This document shows positions 1 through 10,565 of a stretch of DNA of 64,000 nucleotides, in pieces. A program made the translations under genes and the position numbers. Each line of letters starts with the position of its first letter. Within the stretch, counting starts at the first letter, position 1. A model generated the notes under the pieces. The model was given only the letters and a program-made list of their open reading frames with translations. It had not been told where the DNA came from and made no database searches. The DNA is from Sedimentisphaerales bacterium (GTDB lineage: Bacteria; Planctomycetota; Phycisphaerae; Sedimentisphaerales; SM23-30): contig CAXXFK010000031.1 in the NCBI GenBank assembly GCA_963663965.2, positions 1 through 64,000 on the forward strand. The letters run 5' to 3'.

Positions 1-1
1 T

Positions 2-301
2 AGATACATTCGCAGGCTTTCAGGGATTACTCATAGATTTACACCTCGAATCGCTTCTGCAATTGAACGCTTTGGACATGGCACTGCAAGACTTATTGCT
101 CCTTCTCGGCATGTCATGGCAGATGGTTTTGCTCGTATGGAGAATTTTAGTTCTCCTTGGTGGTGTCGCGGACCTGTTAGAACATGGATTGGCTTGACTC
201 CAATGCAACGAGTTTGGGGAACGACAGTGGCTGCTGGTGTTGGATACGGATCATATAAGATTGGAACGATTATTAGTAATTCAATATTTGGGGAAGAATA
301 A
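2..301 (+). CDS. C-terminal end of an ORF entering from outside the window; probable RHS toxin C-terminal tip
   Basis: The frame is open from base 2 (RYIRRLSGITHRF...) to TAA at 301. Its Gly/Ala-rich hydrophobic tail resembles the tail of the downstream RHS toxin. The stop overlaps the ATG of the next AT-rich gene, a toxin-immunity arrangement. Confidence 0.5.
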   Translation, partial: RYIRRLSGITHRFTPRIASAIERFGHGTARLIAPSRHVMADGFARMENFSSPWWCRGPVRTWIGLTPMQRVWGTTVAAGVGYGSYKIGTIISNSIFGEE

Positions 302-1188
302 TGAAATTTATTTCAAAATTATTTAAAAAAAGTAGTTGGATTAATAAAAATGCCTTAACTGAATTTGAGAGTGTCATTTTTGCGGCAATCATAAGGCAAT
401 GGTATTCGAATGTGGCTTATATTTCGATGGCACTTCAATTACGCGATTGGTTAGCTGTTGCTGAAGTGTGCAAAGGACATGGTATGCCAGACTGGTTTAA
501 GAGGAATTTTAAAAAAAATAGAATTAATATTACGGTTGGCCGCATTATTGGTGGCGATTTAACTTTACCAAGATCGGCTGGATGTCAGAAATTTGTCATT
601 CCTTTTTGGCGATCAGGAACTTCTAATGATGGAATTATTCAGATATTATTAGAGGGAGGAATTAAATCATTCACAATACTGGGGATTGGTATTGATGAAT
701 ATTTGAAACCATCAGATGTTGAATTTAAAAATATAATCATAGAGGATGATAGAAAAGTCTGGGAAAAACAAAAAGTACCAGCGCAATGGCTTTGCCCAAT
801 ACACGAGGCAATTATTCAAATGTTATCATCTAACAGTTTAAGGGTAATTAAGAATGTGGTGTTACCAGTAAGGCCTGAGGCTTGTAGGGTGACTCTTGAG
901 GGGGTTGAGGTATCAGGTTCTTATGGCTCCTGTATTGCAGTACGCAAATGGTATTCGTATAAATAATACCTCAATTTGGGTATAAATTCTGGAATTAATC
1001 GAGTATTTACACACGATAAACAGAAGTATGTCAATATTGGAGTTACTCATGAGAGACTCCTAGTGTTGAAATGTGAAGATGGTATAACAACAGGCGAGAA
1101 AGTATTTACGATTGTTTCGGGTAGTCGTTATTTGGAGCCAATTGATGGAGGTTTACAGCGGATAATTATGGAAGCAATGTATATGTAG
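301..1188 (+). CDS. Putative immunity protein, possibly with a C-terminal SMI1/KNR4-like region; interrupted at about 930-977
   Basis: ORFs 301-966 and 976-1188 are in the same frame, separated by TAA. An alternative frame across the gap reads LQYANGIRINNTSIW, which resembles SMI1/KNR4 and suggests two compensating indels. AT-rich and coupled to the upstream ORF. Confidence 0.4.
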
Positions 1189-1285
1189 TTATCTAACAAT
1201 AAATTATTGCTATTTCGTAGAGAGTCACCAACAAGAGATTTTGCACTTAATGAGCGAGTGGGTACAAGGTATATTATCGAGAGTG

Positions 1286-2539
1286 CCTTTGGCTGGTGCG
1301 GGATGATGCGCGATCCGTTTACCGGGTTGTACCATACCCACTTCCGGGAGTTCAGCCCGATTCACAACCGCTGGCTGAGCGAAGACCCGGCCGGATACGC
1401 CGACGGTCTGAACCTCTACGCTGCCTATATGGGGGTAAATGGGGTGGATCCGCTGGGATTAGATGATTATTCGGGATATGGTTGGGGCTCAAGTATGGAG
1501 ACGAATATCTATGATATCATTAGAATCCGAAGCGGTGAACTGACGCCGGAGGAATATGGCAAGGAGCTCATGGAACGAAATAAATTGGCGGGGATGCTGG
1601 TTGAAGGGGCTGTTCGTACACCACTGATGGTATCGGATTTGAATTTCAATACACAATTTTACCGATGCTGATGAAGATATGGTGAATAAAATGGCCGGGA
1701 TTATGATTGAAGGCCCCCGAAACGGACATGGGCAGGGATATACAAATTTCATGGCGATATCCAGCGGATTTTCTGATGCCACACCGGTGGGGGAAATCGC
1801 CGTCAGTCTGGCCGGTGAAGAATTGCTGAGTTACGGCCCCGGTCATCTCGGTGTCAGGGATTTAGGTGCCGGTGAACGGTTTTTCCGGGGCGGCATGGGG
1901 TCCTTCGTCTCGCTGGCAATGTATTATGGGCCGAAAGCCACATTGAGAGGCGTTTTTGGCAAAGGAGGCTTGATTCGGAATTGGAGAGCAGGTAGGCTGC
2001 GCACAATCAGAACTGCCAGGATTCATTCTTCACAAAATATTTCAAGGGGAACATTGTTGAGAGAAAAATTAGGTATTCGTTACCAGGAATATTTAAGATT
2101 TCGCGGCCAGGGTTACAATGCTGCAGGTGCCGCTAGATTGGTAAAACCGTATACGGGAGAAGGCCAACACTTTATCTATAAAAACTATATCGATAATCTT
2201 ATCGGTCGCTTTGGAGAGAATTCGATCCGTGGCAGATTTCTTACTTGGTATCGTGATTGTCCCTTGAATGTAAAAAGTGGAAGGAATATGAATACGGGGC
2301 GATTTTATGAATTTCATGCCCGCCTTCATGCTTCGCCAAAATTTGGGTTAGGTTCTTCTGCGTTAGGAATGAGAATGCCGCGTGGAGCAGGGTGGCGAGC
2401 AGCTAATGTAACGCCTCCAATACAACCATACGGACATATAGGGTATTTGTGGCACGGAAGTCCATGGCAATTTAAAGCAGCAGTTGGAGCAGGATTTTTG
2501 GCTGGTGGTGGTGGAACTTATGCGATAGTATCTGATTGA
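1286..2539 (+). pseudogene. Orphan RHS repeat-associated core plus C-terminal toxin domain; +1 frameshift at T4 1657-1660
   Basis: FGWCGMMRDPFTGLYHTHFREFSPIHNRWLSEDPAGYADGLNLYAAYMGVNGVDPLGL is an RHS core ending in the DPxG cleavage motif. GC content rises abruptly at about 1286 with no good start or RBS. Removing one T joins ORF 1207-1671 to ORF 1679-2539. Confidence 0.85.
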
Positions 2540-2566
2540 ATACATTTTTAGATTGGATTGAACGAT

Positions 2567-3014
2567 ATGAATACAATAGCTATTTTCAAAAGTAGTATAA
2601 TAGAAGCAATTGATGAAAAAGCTGAAAGAGTTAACAATGGAGAGCCACTTGGGAAAAAAATGCGCGAATCATATTCTCGCCTTGCTGTATAACAAAGGGA
2701 TAAGCTTGCGTGGTCCAATATCTGGCGAGCTGTCGTGGTTTTTGTATCCAATCATTGACGATATGGAATGCGAGATCATGATAAGCTGGGGGACTCCACT
2801 CGATCATGACGACGATTTATGGGTGCTAAGAATATATCCCAAAATTAAACTTTGGGAGCGATTGTTTAGAAATAAAAGAGTAAAATATTTTGAAGCTGTT
2901 AAAAAGCTTGTTGTGATTATTAGTGATTGTATGGAAAAGGAAAAAGAGAGTCAGGTTGTAACGAATTTAATTTGGTTAACTGAGGATGAATTTGCAGATA
3001 ATTATGCCACATAG
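2567..3014 (+). CDS. Putative immunity protein for the upstream RHS tip; +1 frameshift in A7 at 2654-2660
   Basis: ATG 2567 reads MNTIAIFKSS...NGEPLGKK. Removing one A continues into CANHILALL of ORF 2610-3014. It lies directly after the toxin and is AT-rich. Confidence 0.55.
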
Positions 3015-3206
3015 TCAAGAATGCTTATGCTGTTCGCAGAAAGAAGCTGTGTAAGGTGGTATATTTCCTTGAAATGGCAGGTTCAGTTAACGTTTAACTT
3101 TCTGAACATGGTATAAGGCATCAAGGAAATACACATTTACCGTCATCAGGTAAATTTAAAAGACGTGACAAGATGATGATCAATTGGCTGATGCAGAGAC
3201 GATAAT

Positions 3207-3776
3207 ATGAAAAAGAAAGTAGATGTAAATGTTGGTGACTGGATATATTCTGATTCCCCGGGTATATGGAAAATATATCGGATTATTGAAGGTGTCCAAA
3301 AATTTAGATACGATATGGCGCATCCAAAGAGGCTAGACAGAACACAGACTGTATTTAGCAAGCGTTTGGTTGATGGTTCATGGAGGCCATCGTTCAAAAC
3401 AGAATATTCCGATGGAGGTTTTATTCGAGAGCTTTCTTCAGAGGACCAGATGCGTTTAAATGAATTTATTGCTAACAATCCGCAAGTTATGAAAGAATTT
3501 AACGAATACCAACCTGAACAGATTGGTTTTGCGCTGAACTATAGCCTATATGTACCCCAGGCATTTATAGAGCATATTCATAAATTAGTTGAAGACACAT
3601 TTGCTGATATTGAAATTCTTGGTTTATCAAATGAAGATATCTTGCAAAGGATTGGCAAAACGGAACTGGCTGACTGGGTTTCTAAGGGATTCAGCAACAT
3701 GTGTTTGCAGTTCTATTGCAGGGACCATGAAATTCGTGACAATGAATATATTTTACGAGAGGTGAAGGTGTTTTAA
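3207..3776 (+). CDS. Hypothetical protein, probable orphan immunity protein
   Basis: 189-aa AT-rich ORF inside the RHS locus; no recognisable motif. Confidence 0.6.
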   Translation: MKKKVDVNVGDWIYSDSPGIWKIYRIIEGVQKFRYDMAHPKRLDRTQTVFSKRLVDGSWRPSFKTEYSDGGFIRELSSEDQMRLNEFIANNPQVMKEFNEYQPEQIGFALNYSLYVPQAFIEHIHKLVEDTFADIEILGLSNEDILQRIGKTELADWVSKGFSNMCLQFYCRDHEIRDNEYILREVKVF

Positions 3777-3785
3777 CTTAGTTAG

Positions 3786-4157
3786 TTGGGGCCCGCCTTG
3801 CCCCGCTGGGCGGGTGTGTCGCCGCAGTATCATGTCCTGCTGGGGGAAGACCGGGGTACGGTGGTGGAAGAGGTGGATGGCCGTATCGACATTGATGAGG
3901 GCGGCCCAGAGTTGGGGGCCGATTACGGCCGGGTGATCGAGCGGCTGTATTACAATTCAACCGGCTTGTGCAAGGCGTTTGAGTATAACCCGCTTGATGG
4001 CGACTATTACCCCAAGAACCGGCCGAATACGCCGTATAATATCGGGATGTCGGATTATTCGCCCTTTTCAGATCTACGGAGAGGATGGGTGGAGATGGTC
4101 TGGGGGCGGTTTGCGAACCGCTCCTACTGGTGGCAACCACAGGGGTTGATGGGATGA
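3786..4157 (+). pseudogene. RHS fragment (segment just upstream of the core)
   Basis: GC-rich. LGEDRGTVV...GRVIERLYYNSTG...SDYSPF matches the pattern preceding RHS cores and degenerates after PF. Confidence 0.5.
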
Positions 4158-4187
4158 AAAGGGCAACCACGGGGGGTTGCCCCTACG
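4132..4187. repeat. REP-like palindromes (GGGCAACCACGGGGGGTTGCCCCTAC plus a partial upstream copy)
   Basis: The reverse complement reads GTAG-GGGCAACC-loop-GGTTGCCC, a GTAG-footed REP hairpin. A degenerate copy lies at 8653-8697. Confidence 0.7.
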
Positions 4188-4227
4188 ATTCAATTGGGGG
4201 GCGAGAATGGAATGGCGGGGGGGGTAG

Positions 4228-4800
4228 AATTTGAAATATGACATATGAGATTTGAAAATATAACAGCCGGTTTAACCACAGAGGTCACCGAGGTCACAGA
4301 GAGAGAAGGCGGGAGGGTTTTGGGGGAGATTTATGACTGGTCAGGAATTTGAGTTTTGCGATCTGAAATTTGAGATAAAATATAACCGCCGATTTAACTC
4401 CGCCACGGCGGATCTTCGACACGGAAAAACGCGGAAAGACACAGGGCGGTCAAGCCGCAAGCAAAGAAGAAATCGTTCACACAAAGCCACGAAGCCGCGA
4501 AGATAAACAGCCATTTAGACTGGATCGACAAGACAAAAAGTTCGGGACCATCAAAATATCCTTTAAGATGTTGTCATTAATTCGCGCTTATAAAACATAA
4601 GAAAAAAAGCTTGCTAAGAAAACAAAGAATTGAAGGATTGTAGTACGGAAAAGAAACTGGGGAAAAATATCAGATTATAACAGCCGTACTCACCACAGAG
4701 GACTCAGAGAGCGCAGAGGGGGGCATGAACTGGCATGGGAAGAATTAACAGCCTTTGAGACAGGATCACAGGATCAGCAGGATAAAAAGTTTGAGGGCAT
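4228..4800. repeat. Non-coding array of TAACAGCC-headed units with imperfect 9-mer and 7-mer tandem repeats
   Basis: TAACAGCC-like motif at 4261, 4383, 4505, 4678 and 4746, followed by CACAGAGG(T/A)-, ACGGAAA- or ACAGGAT-type repeats. ATTTGAR heptamers occur at about 4229-4258 and 4347-4376. Confidence 0.6.
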
Positions 4801-5598
4801 GAAGTTGTCGTATAAGAAAACAAAGAGAGGATAGATTGTTGTATGAACAGTTCATTTTCGTACCTGATGAGGTTAGGTAGTCATATGAAGATAAGCGGCA
4901 AGGATTTGTCATGAATCTTTGTCTGTTTTCAGTCGTTGTTTTGGAGGAGCCATTTCAGGTTGAATGCGGCTACGTTTATCTGGTCGTATAGTTTTTTGTC
5001 GCCGGATTCGTACAGGAGGTATATCATGCCGTGTTCATCGGCGGCCAGTGATGAGTAGGCGGCATGGCCCGGGTTGATCAGACGTTTGATGGGCCAGGTG
5101 GCCGTTGAGTTAAACGAGGCCCATACGGTCATCTGGTAACGCCATCCTCCTTTCCAATCGGGGACGCTGAAGAGGAGGACATCATTGGCGCCGTTGATGA
5201 CAGAATCAGGGATTCTTATGAGTCCTGCACGGATGCCGTAGGATGGTTTGGTGCCGTATTTAAAATAGAACGGCTCACCGGTTTCGTAAAGATCGTCAGA
5301 AACATACCAGTCGACGTATCTGGCGCCGCCGTCATAGCTCCAGGCTATTCTGCGTCTGTGGTCGATGGACATGTGGGATCTGGAATTGTAGTAAATACGG
5401 CCGTCTGACAATTCTGCCAGGGCGGCTTCGCCGGTGCCGGTCATGATCCCATCGCTTACCTGCCAGGTCTTGCCCCGGTCGTCGCTGTACAGTGAGGTGT
5501 TATAGTTGTACATCCAGTATTCCTGGCTGTTGTCGCCGGCCGGAGGCTGAACACGGGCGGGGATGAGCAGGCGGCCTTGATGCGGACCGTGTTTTAAT

Positions 5599-6923
5599 GG
5601 TTCTTCCGAAAAATGAGTAGTTAATGTTGCAAAAAGAGAGACATGACTTTACTGTTTGAGGAAAAAAATAAAACCTCATATTAGGAGCTAAAGTCATGTC
5701 CACAAGTATGTTGTATCATACTTTTGGTGTTCGAGGTGTTCAATACCAAAAGACAGAATATTTTTGCGGGCAAGAGCGTGATTCACGGCATCTTGCCGGC
5801 GGATAGTCTGCGTTGCCCTTGTTGTAACTCCCGTAATTTCATTTACTTCGGTCACAAGGCCCGGAGGTTTGCCATGGTACCTGCCGGTCTGCGTCAAATG
5901 GAGTTGCTTGTCACTATTCCCCGATTGAAATGTCAGGCGTGCGGGGCCATTCGTCAGCCTCATCTGCCATTTGCCGACCCCAAGAAGCATTACACCCATG
6001 CGTTGGAACGGTATGTCATCGATTTATGTCAGGCGGCTTCCCTGCAAGAGGTGGCCCGACGGACCGGCTTAAGCTGGGATACCATCAAATCGATTCATAA
6101 GTCCTGGCTAGGTCGACGGTACCGAAAGATTTCCCTGAAAAAGGTTCGTTATCTGGGGATTGACGAATTGTATCTGGGCAGGAAAAGCAAATACATCTCG
6201 CTGGTAACCGACCTGGAAAGCGGTCAAATTTTGCATATCGGCCAGGGCAAAGGCCAAGAGGCCCTGGTGGGATTCTGGGGGCGTGTCCGACGCAGCCGGG
6301 CGGTGATTGCCGCGGTGGCTACCGATATGGCCAGTGGTTTTATGACCAGTGTCCTGAAAGAACTGCCGCAAGCCAAACTGGTGCTGGACCATTTTCATCT
6401 GGTCAAATGGTTTAACGACAAACTGACCCGCTTACGCCGGGATTTATACCGGGAGGCCGATACCATGGGCAAAGCGGTACTCAAAGGCAGCCGCTGGCTG
6501 CTGCTCAAAGCGCCGGAGAACCTTAAATCCCATGCCGATAGCGCCAAAGATGAACGGCGCCGGTTGCAGGAGGCTCTGCAACTCAACCAGCCGCTGGCCA
6601 CCGCCTATTACATGAAAGAACGGCTCCGTCTCCTTTTTGATGCGATCACGGCTCCGCTGGCTGAACAGGAACTCAAACGCTGGATCAGCCAGGCGCAAAC
6701 CAGCGGGATTCGGATCCTGCTGGATGCCGCCAAACAACTGCAACTCTGGAAACCCTTCCTGCTCAATTGGTATGACCATCCCATCAGCACCAGCAAAGTC
6801 GAAGTCAATAACCGTAAAATCGGCCTCCTGCAACGAATGGCTCATGGCTACCGCGATCAGGAATACTTCTATCTCCGGATCCATCATATCCATAACCAAA
6901 ACTACTCATTAACCGGATGAGCC
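5599..6923 (+). mobile_element. ISL3-family insertion sequence, 1325 bp
   Basis: Imperfect terminal IRs GGTTCTTCCGAAAAATGAGTAGTT and GGCTCATCCGGTTAATGAGTAGTT. The 8-bp target duplication GTTTTAAT lies at 5591-5598 and 6924-6931. Confidence 0.95.
5696..6920 (+). CDS. ISL3-family transposase; apparent +1 indel in T5 at 5761-5765
   Basis: Zn finger CPCC...CQAC, catalytic motifs GIDE, DM and DHFH, and GYRD near the C-terminus. An AGGAG RBS precedes ATG 5696 ([14 protein letters not shown]), which joins ORF 5724-6920 after removing one T. Confidence 0.92.
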
Positions 6924-8652
6924 GTTTTAATGTGATGCCTTCGGTCATGGCGCCCATATTCACGGGGATATTGCCGGGTGCGGCGCCGTGGTTCATGGCG
7001 TTAGGTTTGATCGTGATGTCTTGTCTGGTCCAGGTATCGCCGTTGTCGGAACTCCTGAACAGGCATGCCTCGGTTTTCGATGCGGAGATGATGCAGATAT
7101 CGCCGGTGATATCGTCTTTTATAATATTAGCGCCTGCTATACCCTTTTGGGCGAGGTCCTGTTCGGAGGACCATGTCCGGCCCTGATCGGCGCTTTTTCG
7201 CAGCGAGGAACAGCCGCGCGCAAAGGCCAGAACCGTGCCATCGTTGGTGACGATGATGTGGGGAGAACGGACATTCTTTTCGTCCGGTTTCTGCTTGAAC
7301 AGGGTCTGCTCGTTGAAATAAGGCGGGATATTTGCCAGTTTGGAGTTATTGACGAGATAATTGGCGAAGAGGGTATCGGTTTCCTGAATTTTGAAGCGAG
7401 CGCTGACTACGGAATGCTTGTTTTTGTCATCTTTGTACTTGATGTAGGTGGTGGCAACGATCGTGCCATCGGGCAGAATGTTCATACCGGGGTAACCGCA
7501 ATCACGACCGGCATAGCTGTGGAGGAGTTTGATGCGGTACTGGCCCGGTTTGTTGTTTTTGATGTCGTCATAGGTACCCACCCAGGCGACGAAATGGCCA
7601 TAGGTGGGGCTGTTGGGAGCCATATCACGAAATGAGATCACCAGGCGGCCATCGTGGGTGTAGACTCCCTGATGCCGGTCTCCGGTAAGGCCCCATGGCG
7701 TCGCAACGGGGGTAGTCCATGACTTGCCTTCATTGGAGCTGAACATCATCAGGGACAAGCCCTGGTGGGTATTTTCCCGCATGAGGCAGCATAACTGTTT
7801 CTGGTCGGGGGCTCTGAAAACGTAGGGTTCACAGGGCTTTTTGTCTTTGACATTGGCGATGACGCGGGGGGCGGACCAGGTCAGGCCCCCATCTTCGGTT
7901 CTGGTCTGCAACACTTCAAGCGAATCGTTTTGCCGGCGATGGTAGAAACCCAGGTAGCCGGAATCGGAGAGCCTGACGATACTGCTGAAGGTCATTACAC
8001 ATTCGAAATCGAGGGGGCGGTTTTTCGGTCCAGGTTTTGCCGCCGTCTTCGCTCATGATCCTGGGCATCCGGGGCTGAGCTGAAAAGACCCACAACCGAG
8101 CCGTTCCGGATTTGCTGTCGATCATGCGGTAAATGCTGGGGCAGTTGATGTGCTTTTTGAAGTTGGGGGGCAGTTGATCATCCATTCTGGACCAGGTGAT
8201 TCCGCCATTCCGGCTGACTGCCATGGGGCCGGCCGGTCCGCCGTGGCCTACGGACCAGACACAATATATGGTTTTACCGTCCGGCATTAATAAGGTGGTG
8301 GGGTGGCCCTGATAGACAGTTTCGGTACCGGCCGCGATGACAACCTGGCGGTCGGAATCGGCAGAGATGTCAATAAGGGGCAGATTGGGAGTTTGACTGG
8401 TCTGGCAAAAAGCGGTCAGGGAAGCGCTGACGATAAACAGGAAAATCATCACACTCATTCTGGAATTCATATATCATCTCCGAGTTTGTGGTACTGCATT
8501 TCCATACGAATATCTGCCGCGCCTATGCTATCATAATTCTGATCCCATGTCACGGTTAACTTGAAATTTCAACTTGCCTATCGGTCGTTAGCTTGGATTT
8601 TGGGCAGGAGTCGAGCGATGATGGGAATGCTTGCGTGAACAAATTGTGGACA

Positions 8653-8697
8653 GGTTGCCCCTCGTTCAACGGTCAACCACGGGGGTTTGCCCCTGCG
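8653..8697. repeat. Degenerate REP-like copy
   Basis: GGTCAACCACGGGGGTTTGCCCCTGCG resembles 4161-4187. Confidence 0.6.
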
Positions 8698-8817
8698 ATG
8701 TTGTGGGGGAGGTGTTATCGCAGGTTGAAAATTGTTGCAAATGTGGGTGGATTGCGTTATTACTGGGAAACTTAGAGCACCTAATAATTATGTCAATTTA
8801 TTCAGGAGTGATGTGTA

Positions 8818-10221
8818 ATGAAGAAGTCAGAACTTATTTTGATTGTGGTAGCGGTATTGTTTGTACTTGCGCCGGTGTTGCGGGCGGCTGAGGGGGGCAA
8901 GGCGTTTAGTGAGACACCCAAGCAACGGGACGCGCGGATGCAGTGGTGGCGTGAGGCGCGGTTTGGGATGTTTGTGCATTGGGGGTTGTATTCGGGACTG
9001 GCGGGGACGTGGAAGGGCAAGTCTGTGGGTGATCGGGGCGGAATGGAGTGGATTCAGCAGCGGGTGAAGGCGGATACCTGGGAGTACGCGCATGAAGCGG
9101 TGCCGCATTTCCGGCCGGAGCCGGGCTTTGCCAAGGAATGGGCGAAACTGGCGCGGGACGCGGGCTGCCAATATGTGGTTTTTACGACCAAGCATCATGA
9201 CGGTTTTTGCCTGTTCGATTCGGAATATACCACTTATGACGCCCATGACCTGGTCGGGCGCGATTTGTGCCGGGAGATCACGGACGCGGTCCGGGGCGCG
9301 GGGCTGAAGGTGGGTTATTATCATTCGGTGATCGACTGGCATCATCCGCAATACGATTATGACAAGGCGAATCTGCTGCCGCATCCGCTGAAGGGGATGC
9401 CGTCGCCGAACGGGCCGCGCAACCATGAAATCTATCTGGATTATCTGCATGCCCAGGCCAAAGAGCTGATGACCCATTATGGGCCGGTGGATGTGATCTG
9501 GTGGGATTATTCCAAGCAGGGGAACGATGGGCCGTTCTGGCGGGCCGATGAGTTGATGGCCATGGTGCGTGCGGAGCAGCCGAAGATAATCTCCAATAAC
9601 CGGCTGTATCATATTCCGCATATCGAGAAAGATGATTCGGTAGACCGGCTGAAGACCTGGAAGCCGCAGGAAGGCGATTTTACCACACCGGAACAGACGA
9701 TTCCTTCAACGGGGATACCGGGAGTGGACTGGGAAGTGTGTATGACGATGAACACAACCTGGGGGTATTCGGAGCATGATCAGGCCTGGAAGTCGGATGA
9801 GACTTTGATTCGGAATCTGGTGGATATTGTTTCGAAAGGGGGGAATTATCTGCTGAATATCGGGCCGAAAGGGGATGGTTCGATACCCCAAGAGAGTATC
9901 CGTTCGATGCAGGCGATCGGGAAATGGATGGCAATCAACGGCGTGGCGATTCATGGGACGACTGCCAGTCCGTATGAAAAACCGCAGTGGGGGCGCTATA
10001 CGCTCAAGGGAAAGGTGCTTTACGCGCATGTGTTTGAGTGGCCGGAAGATGGCAAGCTGGCGATACCGGTGGAGAAAGCCAAGGCGGTAAAGGCTTATCT
10101 GCTGGCCGGGCTGAAGGGGAATTCGCTGAAAATCGAAAAGGCGGATAATGGGATTACGATTTCGTTGCCGAAAGAGGCACCGGATCCAATTGCTTCGGTG
10201 ATCGCGATTGAGATGAGATAG
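8818..10221 (+). CDS. Alpha-L-fucosidase (GH29)
   Basis: Signal peptide; motifs RFGMFVHWGLYS, TTKHHDGF, VIWWD (nucleophile), GDFTTPEQ and GGNYLLNIGP. Confidence 0.95.
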   Translation: MKKSELILIVVAVLFVLAPVLRAAEGGKAFSETPKQRDARMQWWREARFGMFVHWGLYSGLAGTWKGKSVGDRGGMEWIQQRVKADTWEYAHEAVPHFRPEPGFAKEWAKLARDAGCQYVVFTTKHHDGFCLFDSEYTTYDAHDLVGRDLCREITDAVRGAGLKVGYYHSVIDWHHPQYDYDKANLLPHPLKGMPSPNGPRNHEIYLDYLHAQAKELMTHYGPVDVIWWDYSKQGNDGPFWRADELMAMVRAEQPKIISNNRLYHIPHIEKDDSVDRLKTWKPQEGDFTTPEQTIPSTGIPGVDWEVCMTMNTTWGYSEHDQAWKSDETLIRNLVDIVSKGGNYLLNIGPKGDGSIPQESIRSMQAIGKWMAINGVAIHGTTASPYEKPQWGRYTLKGKVLYAHVFEWPEDGKLAIPVEKAKAVKAYLLAGLKGNSLKIEKADNGITISLPKEAPDPIASVIAIEMR

Positions 10222-10290
10222 GCAGTGATCTTAGCGTGGCCAGATTCACCACGAAATGCACGAATTAAAAATCCGAATCAGCACATATAG

Positions 10291-10328
10291 AACAGGCATC
10301 CCAATTTTTGTTGGGGCGCCTGTTTTTG
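10291..10328 (+). terminator. Rho-independent terminator after the fucosidase
   Basis: AACAGGCATCCCAA / TTGGGGCGCCTGTT hairpin followed by a T-run. Confidence 0.65.
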
Positions 10329-10372
10329 ATTTCTAGTAATATGATGCGGCAATAATGCTGAAAATATTATAC

Positions 10373-10481
10373 TGTCGTCCCCGCCTGAGGCGGATCTTCG
10401 ACCTACGGGACTTATTGATTTTTATTGATGGAGATCCCGCAGTTGAAACTGCGGGCTATTAACTTATGTCCCTTACGGGAC
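10373..10481. repeat. Composite REP-like element carrying a 22-bp nested insert
   Basis: GTCC[CCGCCTGAGGCGGATCTTCGAC]CTACGGGAC, then CCCGCAGTTGAAACTGCGGG, then GTCCCTTACGGGAC hairpins. Confidence 0.65.
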
Positions 10482-10565
10482 AATAAAACAAACGTCAATG
10501 AGTCTTATGGTTAGTCCTATGTTTGTACTATTTGTCGCTCTTGTTAGTAAAGTATAGAATATTTT

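Larger units (their letters stand above)
4929..8470 (-). pseudogene. Two-domain BNR/Asp-box sialidase-family (GH33-like) protein, disrupted by ISL3; extra G in G5 at 8013-8017
   Basis: Signal peptide and many SxDxGxTW Asp-boxes. Removing the IS and one TSD gives ...EGITLK|HGPHQGRLLIPAR..., continuing into ORF 4929-5513 (AYSSL, LLYE). A 1-bp indel links ORF 7916-8470 to ORF 6805-7995. Confidence 0.88.

Noticed and set aside
4228..4800. CRISPR array or integron attC array
   Set aside because: The repeats are too short and degenerate, spacing is irregular, there are no paired RYYYAAC/GTTRRRY boxes or cassette ORFs, and no cas or intI gene is in the window.
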